Assembly: GCA_964019425.1 (NCBI GenBank)
Contig: OZ025801.1
Location: 620,001 to 684,000 of the forward strand
Direction of reading: 5' to 3'
Origin: Flectonema sp. DT1601
Lineage: Eukaryota
DNA: 64,000 bases
Shown: one piece after another, positions 56,791-64,000 of the stretch
Layout of the letters: every line of letters begins with the position of its first letter
How positions within the stretch are numbered: position 1 is the first letter of the stretch
Position numbers and translations under genes: made by a program
Notes under the pieces: generated by a model
Seen by the model: only the letters and a program-made list of their open reading frames with translations
Databases searched by the model: none
Told to the model about the DNA's origin: nothing

Positions 56791-58425
56791 GGACAATGGA
56801 AGTAGATCGATGGAGGTTCAGCAAGCGATGTGATGTACTTGTATGTGTGTTCTTTGTGTATGTTTTCTTCAGGTGCGAGTGGTTTTTTGTTCTTGCCTTT
56901 CAGGGAGGGCCTTAGCCAAAAGCTAACAGTCCAAATCTCACCTGGAACTTTATTCTCAGCACATCACATTGCTTGCTAAACCTCCATCGATCTACTTCCA
57001 TTGTCCCTTGGCAAAAACAGGTACCGGAAAAAAAGCAAGACAAACCTGTTTTAATTGTGCTGTAATTTTAGCAGAGTATCTGCATAACAGAGAAAGAACA
57101 AGTGTTATTTAAAAACAATGCCAGGGAAGACAACGGAAGCATCGATATCGCTCCAGCAGATGCGAGTACCTGTAAGCTGTGTGTGTATTTTGTGTTTGTT
57201 ACACCAGGAGAGAAAAGAAAGAATGTCAAGGTTGGTCACCTTGCCACACAACATTGGCGGTCTCTACAAGACCCTGAGCGATCCCGCTGGATCTCTCATC
57301 GTTCATAGTACCTGTGTGAAATTATGTTGGGTTGTTTTGAGTGGTTAAAACTTTTGTGATGGGTTGGCGATTTCACAAACTATTTTTGTGGAATTAGGCA
57401 TTTTCCCAAAAAAAACCAATTTTTTAGTCCCGATCATGACACTAAACTGATTGTTTTTGCTTTGTTCAATCAAAAAAAAAATTAAATAAAGGGCATCTCC
57501 TTGCTATCCCCATCACCCATCACCCCACAAAAATATACTTTTTCTTCATGACAGGAAAATTTTCAGTCTTCGGTAATTCGGTAATTCGGTAATTTGCTTT
57601 CCATGTCTGTACAGCAGCTGAATAAAGAATATAAAGTAATACGCACAACTGGCAGAACAGATACTAAGGATATTCATGTGACCCTATCCTAATTTTAGAT
57701 AGGTTCACCGCGCTGGGGTAGTGCCAGGTCCTGACGGGACACCGGCAGGGGTGGGTTTTGAATTGAAGTGTGGAAGTGGGTGAGTGGCTGTGAACTGCAG
57801 AAGAAGTTCGATAATAACGATAAAACTAATAACAGACCACTCACTCCGAATATATAATAACTCTTCCTCTTAATATGCACGAAGTAAGAGAAGTGGAATA
57901 AAATACACACAAAGTAATTTCGGTAGTTTATGTTTTCTTTATCATTAATTAATAAAAGCGATATCAGCTCAGACTGATCGTTAATTTTTTATTGTTGGTC
58001 CTAGTCAAGACCTTAAACTGACTAATCGGTCCTTTCCTCTTTCTTTTTGTAAATTGATCGCCCGGCTATGTCGATCGACCTTTAATTGGTTTCATCTTGA
58101 ACGGGACATCACTCTCACAATGATTTGATTTTCTACAATCATGTCGGGTTATTTTCTCTTTTTTCTTTTTCTTCTCCCTTTCCGTTTTCCTCTTCCTTTT
58201 CCTTTTCCCTTTCTTACTCTCTATCTGGTCTGTTATGTCATAAATCTCATTTAATTTTATCAACCATTTTACTTTTCACTGTTTCCCATCTACATTTTAT
58301 TTTCAAATAGTTCCGGTCCGTCTTAAATTTTAACTAAGTATTAAACTAGTTTAATTGATCATGTTTAACTCAATTCGTCCGTCATGGTCATGACATTCTT
58401 TTTTCTTTTTTTTTTCCTTGCACAA

Positions 58426-58589
58426 GAGATACCAACACATACGAGATACCAACACATACGAGATACCAACACATACGAGATACCAACACATACAAGATAC
58501 CAACACATACGAGATACCGACACATACGAGATACCAGCACACCCGAGATACCGACACACTCGAGATACCAAGTCACATAAGATACCAGC
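58426..58589. repeat. 17-bp minisatellite (GAGATACCAACACATAC), ~9-10 copies
   Basis: Direct inspection; copies decay towards the right end. Confidence 0.95.
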
Positions 58590-59531
58590 TAGGACAGTAA
58601 GAGGTAGATGGAATACTCTCGAAACCTAAATAGGTAATTTAAGTCCAATCCTGATGTTTTATGTTGAACTGGTTGTGTCACCTCATCTTTATGCTCTTAG
58701 TATCTGTGTTCTCATATTTAAATTTAGATCAATCATGGGGGGTGATGCCAAACACCCAGAAGTACTTAACTGCTTTCCTTCTTGCTGCCCAGGGGTTTCT
58801 GACCAGAACTTAGAAAATAAAAAGCAGATGGGAAACAATAAAAAGTAAAATGGATATAACTGAAGTTAAACAAGAAAAATGAAGTAACAGACCAGAACAG
58901 ATAGAGAATAAAAAGAAAAGATGAGTAGTTTTTTTGTTCTTGCTCTTCAGGGAGGGCCTTAGCCAAAAGCTAACAGTCCAAATCTCACCTGGTAACTCAA
59001 CTCAGTCTTTGTCAGTTTTGGCATCAAACCTGTAATGGTTTCATCATTGAATTTAACTACCATTTCAACAGGTTATTTACTTAAATATTTATTCTAAAAG
59101 TTGCTAAGTATTTCTCACTTAAATTTTTTTATTTTTTTCTTTTCAGCTCAATTAGCTACAAAGTGTTTCTACTAAGTGTTTCTCACTTAGATTCTTTTTT
59201 TGCTTTTCAGCTCCTTAAAAGCTGCTAAGTATTTCGGCATAAGCTGTGCAGCAATTTAGATGTCTTAGGTGTTAATAAGGGGTTCCTCTTAGCATTTTTC
59301 TTTGTTCCCACCTTATGATTTTTCTTGAAGAAAAAAAATAGAAGTCATAATGGTGTTTCCCTCTGGAAGGGTTGTAAGCCATGGTGTCCAACTAAATTAA
59401 AGGACAAGTCTGGGGTATCCCTGCCAGGGGCAAGTATTCTACCATGGTTGAAATACTCTGGCAACTAATCTTCAAATTTATGTTGTTTGTTAGCTGCTGG
59501 TGTAACTTGATCATGTGTTGATACTTGCATT

Positions 59532-59770
59532 GATTTCGAAAAGGTGGGAAGTAACGGACTGGGAGCTTTTGGCTCCTGCCCTATTCCTGATGTAAACTTT
59601 CTTTTTATTTTATTTTTTTTTTAACAGGCCCAAAGGGCAACAATGACAGATGCTGACCAAGGAATAATAATCAAATGAATTTTCGTTTCAAAGAAACGAA
59701 CAGAATTAAGAGAGAGGCAGAAAGAAAAAATATAATATGAAGAGGAAATAATCAAACATGAAAAAAAAAT
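59532..59770. repeat. ~235-bp direct repeat of 62287-62550 (piggyBac-relic-associated sequence)
   Basis: gtgggaagtaacggactgggagcttttggctcctgccctattcc...gaagaggaaataatcaaacatg is shared between the two sites. Confidence 0.88.
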
Positions 59771-60024
59771 AAAGGGCAAACTAGTGTTTACTACACAAAT
59801 AGTTTCAGAACTAACCATTCATTACAAAATCCAAAATGGCTGGGGGACCCAAAAACTATATATGGAATGCATCGAGACCCGCACCTGTCTTTAAGAGCGG
59901 ATGTGGTTCAGCGGAGGGAGCACTGACTTTGGATACCCGACGCCCAGGCTCAATCCCGACCAACGTCATTTTTTTTTTTCACCGGATTTTTTCACCCAGA
60001 ATAGGTATTAAGCTGGGGTATAGT

Positions 60025-60240
60025 GCAAGGGGTTAACTGTTCAAGTTTGTACGTAAAATACAAATGTATTGTATCATAGACAACATAACGATAATTTAAC
60101 ATTAGTTCTGAGATACAGTGACTAAAGGTAATGTTAGTGTAGGTATACACTCTGCGATTGACGTAAATACTTTACATTATAATAAATGTTTCTAACTTAG
60201 CTGCATACACATCTCTTTTTCCGTGTTGTCATTCAGTGCA
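60025..60240 (+). repeat. Dispersed repeat family B, representative copy
   Basis: gtaaaatacaaatgtattgtatcat...aacattagtt...gatacagtgactaaa also at ~9015, ~20235 and ~24330; its distal part (cacatctc..tttccgtgttgtcattc) also at ~2150-2190. Confidence 0.82.
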
Positions 60241-60439
60241 GTACGGAATCGAGTTATTCAATTTTGAATTAATCGTGAGCCCCGGGAAACCAAAACCAGG
60301 GTATAATGTAATACGGCAGAGTGTAGGTTTCACCTACAAATTACTTGCTTAAAATCAACAATTCTTTGAAAAAAATATGTTAGCAAAAATTGCTAGTTCG
60401 TAGCACACTACTAGCAGAGCACTCACCTTAAATAAATTA

Positions 60440-61480
60440 GGGAAAACCCCTAATCCGAACACAAAAGTTTCCGAAACCGCCAACTCTATACAAAAAGAAA
60501 ATTTGTCACGGGAGAAACAATCCCCCAATGAAAGAATTATAAAATTTATTTTTTGTTGCTGACACGGTGGCCCAGTGGGTGTTACCGCGGTCTTCTGAGG
60601 TGCAACTCGCGGGTTCGAACCCGGCTGCAAACCTTTTTTTTGTTTGCCTCAAAATGTCAACACAATGTTGAGTGACTAACTGTACTGACTAACTGTACTT
60701 GATAACTTGAGGAACTTGTTGATAACTTGAATACGAGGTTTTGTGCCGTCAGGTACGGACTGTTGCTGTGGCGAAGGTTATCCTGGCAAAGGCGGTGGAG
60801 TTACAATCCTGCGCCCCGATGGCTCTTTGGCACACGAAGATTGATTTTCCGATCATAAACAACAAGCCCTCCTTTGAATCACACACCACATTCGTTCGGT
60901 CAGGGTACGTCTTTGGGCCAATTAAGCGTCTGACCAACGTTCCAGAGTGTCTCCCCTCTGTGTCTTCCGTCGGCTTCATCCCTGGAAGTCATTTTTGCAT
61001 ACAATGATTGATGCATCTTCGTTTGGGCCTTTGTCAACAAGGTGCTTACATCCCTTCAGTGGGTGCTTGTACAGCTGTTGCCAATGTAAGGGCAGTTGGT
61101 GCCACTGTAACACCCACCTCCATAGAGACCACCTTAAACGATGTGCTGGTGGTTTGAGGCAATGATGTTGACAGTACAAGCTAAACATTGGCAGGCGGAC
61201 GTGGTGCAAGAACGCCCAAAATAATCTGAGAAAAACTCTTTGTGAACTTGTCACGCGTCCCAAAAGTGTCTCCCATCAGAAGCAGGCATGTTTGTTTAGA
61301 AAAAATTGTGAGGAGATTTAAAATTACTCAACGCATTTTTCAGGGAAAAAAAAAAGTCTGCCTTAAATTCGGCAAGTTCGATTCCGGGTGGCGGATTTTT
61401 TAACCACAGGCCACAAGGCACTTTTTTTGTATAGAGTTGGCGGTTTCGGAAACTTTTGTGTCTGGATTAGAGGTTTTCCC
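60440..61480. mobile_element. Non-autonomous DNA transposon with ~60-bp TIRs and a 9-bp TSD (Mutator/MULE-like)
   Basis: TIRs GGGAAAACC.CTAATCC..ACACAAAAGTTTCCGAAACCGCCAACTCTATACAAAAA; exact direct repeat AATAAATTA at 60431-60439 and 61481-61489. Confidence 0.92.
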
Positions 61481-61859
61481 AATAAATTATGGTAGCGTTA
61501 TCCAGAATTCAGTTAGAAAATCTGAGGGGGTTGCATAATGCCGTCACCCCAACAAATAATGTTGTGGTGACGGCATTGACGGGTTTTGGGTTAAGACATT
61601 TAATTGGCAAAGTCCAGAGTGGGGAATGTATTCAAAAAGAAAACAATCATCCGTGTCCCTCTATGTTCTATATGCGAACATGTTAGAGTTCTCACAAAAT
61701 TGACCTTCATGGTTAAGGGTTACCTCAGTATTTTCTACCTGTAGTTTATGTAACAGGAATGTACTTTCTTTCAATAAAGAAAACAAAATGACGTAAGACA
61801 GTTAGATTTACATTATTTGAATTATATGAATTACAATAAACTGATTGTTTCTTCTTTAA

Positions 61860-62410
61860 CCCATTACGGACGGGGGTAAAACCCGGTTTTTTGACTTTTT
61901 TTGAAAAAAGAGCTAACGGGGAAAAGGGGTAGGGGGGCTCGGAAAGGTGATGTGACAAAGTGAACCGCCATTGCCTGCCTGTTAAAAATACACACACATT
62001 CACCACCTAAAGGGTGAACAGAACAAATGAAAACACCACCAAAGACAAAAATAAGCTCAGTTCTTATGACTCCTTGCGCCTCTTCAATTTTGATGTTGTT
62101 GTGAGTGCAGGGGTCTTCCCCTTAGTACATTCTTCCCGGATAGCACCTCCCGACACAGAGGTGGTGGTATGGGACGCAAATGTTCTCCCCTTTGTAAGAT
62201 TTAAGTGGTATTTGCCAAAACAGGGTGCAGGACACATAAAAACCTTACACCCCTGGCATCCATAAGTAGTCCTCACTCGAGTATGAATTTCGATAAAGTG
62301 GGAAGTAACGGACTGGGAGCTTTTGGCTCCTGCCCTATTCCCGATGTAAACTTTCTTTTTATTTTATTTTTTTTAATAGGCCCAAAGGGCGACAATGATG
62401 GTTGCTGACC
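61860..62410 (-). mobile_element. piggyBac relic: 3' terminus plus the transposase C-terminal Cys-rich domain
   Basis: TTAA|CCCATT terminus at 61856-61865, downstream of the minus-strand peptide SHFIE...RTTYGCQGCKVFMCPAPCFGKYH. Confidence 0.8.
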
Positions 62411-62567
62411 AAGGAATAATATTCAAATGAATTTTCGTTTCAAAGAAACGAACAGAATTAAGAGAGAGGCAGAGAAAAAAGAAAAAAAAAAGAAAGAAAA
62501 GAAAAGAAAAAAAAAAAAATGAAGAGGAAATAATCAAACATGAAAAAAAAAAAAAAAAAAATATATA

Positions 62568-63014
62568 CTGTAAAGGGAAATATTCTCGCGGGGAAATATT
62601 CTTGCGGGGAAATATTCCCGCGGGGAAATATTCTTGCGGATTTGGAGATTTTTTTTTAAACTCGCGGGTTTTTCCCCACAAGAATATTTCCCTGCCACAG
62701 TGGATTTTTGCAAAAGTCAGTCAGTTGATAAAGAATCTAAGAAATATTTGTGCTTCTATTGAGTGTCAGCTGGAACAAAGCATCATTTACCAAGTGAACA
62801 CAATAAAAAACTACCATACTGCACAATAAAAATAATTTTTGCTGAAACTTTCCTTCGTAGCACACATATTTTCTTCACAGAAAGGAACAAAAAAAATGGC
62901 TAGAAAAAAAGTATACTTGCAGGGAAATATTCCCGCGGGGAAATATTCTCGCGGATTTAGAAAAAATAATAAAAACTCGCGGGTTTTTCCCCACAAGAAT
63001 ATTTCCCTTTACAG
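62568..63014. mobile_element. 447-bp MITE with CTGTAAAGGGAAATATTCT TIRs and a TA TSD
   Basis: TA|CTGTAAAGGGAAATATTCT...AGAATATTTCCCTTTACAG|TA; subterminal gcggggaaatattc arrays. Confidence 0.9.
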
Positions 63015-63016
63015 TA

Positions 63017-63778
63017 CATAGATGGAAGTGCCCTACAATTTGGAGGGCGTGTAGGGCGCTTGTAGGGCGCTTTTAATATAAATATTATTTTGGAGGGCGC
63101 TTTTTTTTACCTTTTTTATTACTATAAGACAGCTAAATTGACGTCGACTTACACTGACGCACAAGTATTTTGACGCAGAAGCCAAAAAAAAATTTTGACA
63201 TGCTTGGCAGTCTTTCGAAAAAGAGAAAAAAGGGTGTCACGGGGTTCGAACCCGAGACCTCCAGGTCATGGTTCGGAGGTCAACAATGGCAAAAACAATG
63301 GGCCACTCCTTGAGAGCTTCCGGAGCCTGCTGCAATCCCTGAAGCTGAAACTCATTTCAGTGGACGATGCATCCCAGATCTACAAGGAGCTGATTAGCCC
63401 GCAGAATGCACCGAGTCGAATATAGAGGGATTCGAGGAGGGAGAGTGCGTTCTTGCTAACCTGTTAATAGGCCGGTCTTCACGGTACCTTGTGAGAAAAA
63501 AAAAGAAGTTTACTGGTGGCAAGTAAACTGATATCCCAGAGACGCATTTGATCGGGCGAACCGGAGAAAAGTCAAATAAGATGCGATTCGACCCTCGCTG
63601 AGGGCAGGGGTGTGTCAAAATGAGCTCGGCATTATATTAAATTTAATTAAAAAAGCGCCCTCCAGCGCCCTATTTTGGCCCTACAATGGCCCTACAATGG
63701 CCCTATTTTGGCCCTACAAATTTTTGTGGCTGATTTTCACCAGGCGCCCTCCAAATTTGGAGGGCACTTCCATCTATG
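63017..63778. mobile_element. MITE with CATAGATGGAAGTGCCC termini, copy 2 (inverted, no family-A insertion)
   Basis: Perfect terminal inverted repeats flanked by TA on both sides; reverse complement of 53399-54269 minus ~165 bp. Confidence 0.92.
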
Positions 63779-64000
63779 TATATATATAAATAAAAAACGT
63801 TGTATGAAAAAGGAAAAAAAAGAAAAAAAAAGACCAGAAAAGGAAAGAGAAAATGAAAAGGTATAATATTATTGTGGGGATATGAGGGATAGCAGGGAGA
63901 TGCTCTTTTTTTTTTTTTTTTTTTTTTTCTTATTTATTATTTAAAAAAAGGAAACAATCAGTTTAGCGTCTCGATCAGGACGGAAAATAGAAATTAATCG

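Noticed and set aside
60028..60036. GGGG-TTAA as the second piggyBac terminus
   Set aside because: It does not match the 61860 terminus and is part of dispersed repeat family B.

Overview
Eukaryotic, AT-rich nuclear DNA with long poly(A)/poly(T) tracts, probably from a euglenozoan. A diplonemid is my inference from the SSU rRNA fragment signature and from a one-directional gene cluster that still has cis-introns. About 1-42 kb holds ~17 protein genes, all on the minus strand: a divergent cap N7-methyltransferase-like protein, a large coiled-coil protein, a WW protein, an AlkB dioxygenase, a divergent mitochondrial EF-Ts, an SLC25 carrier, a Ubl-ankyrin protein, an SLC10-like transporter, an M3 peptidase, a CBS protein, an ependymin-like secreted protein and several orphans. 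Their short GT-AG introns mostly end in A-rich tracts instead of polypyrimidine tracts. About 42-64 kb is a repeat and transposon graveyard: a ~279-bp satellite with a 1305-bp higher-order repeat, several MITE families, tRNA-derived modules, piggyBac and RLE-LINE relics, and a collapsed Polinton/Maverick-like virus relic (core/protein-VI-like segment, adenain-like protease, rve integrase). Three separate rRNA fragments are scattered through the window; one is cargo inside a long-TIR non-autonomous transposon. All family calls come from motif recognition by eye; no database searches were run.
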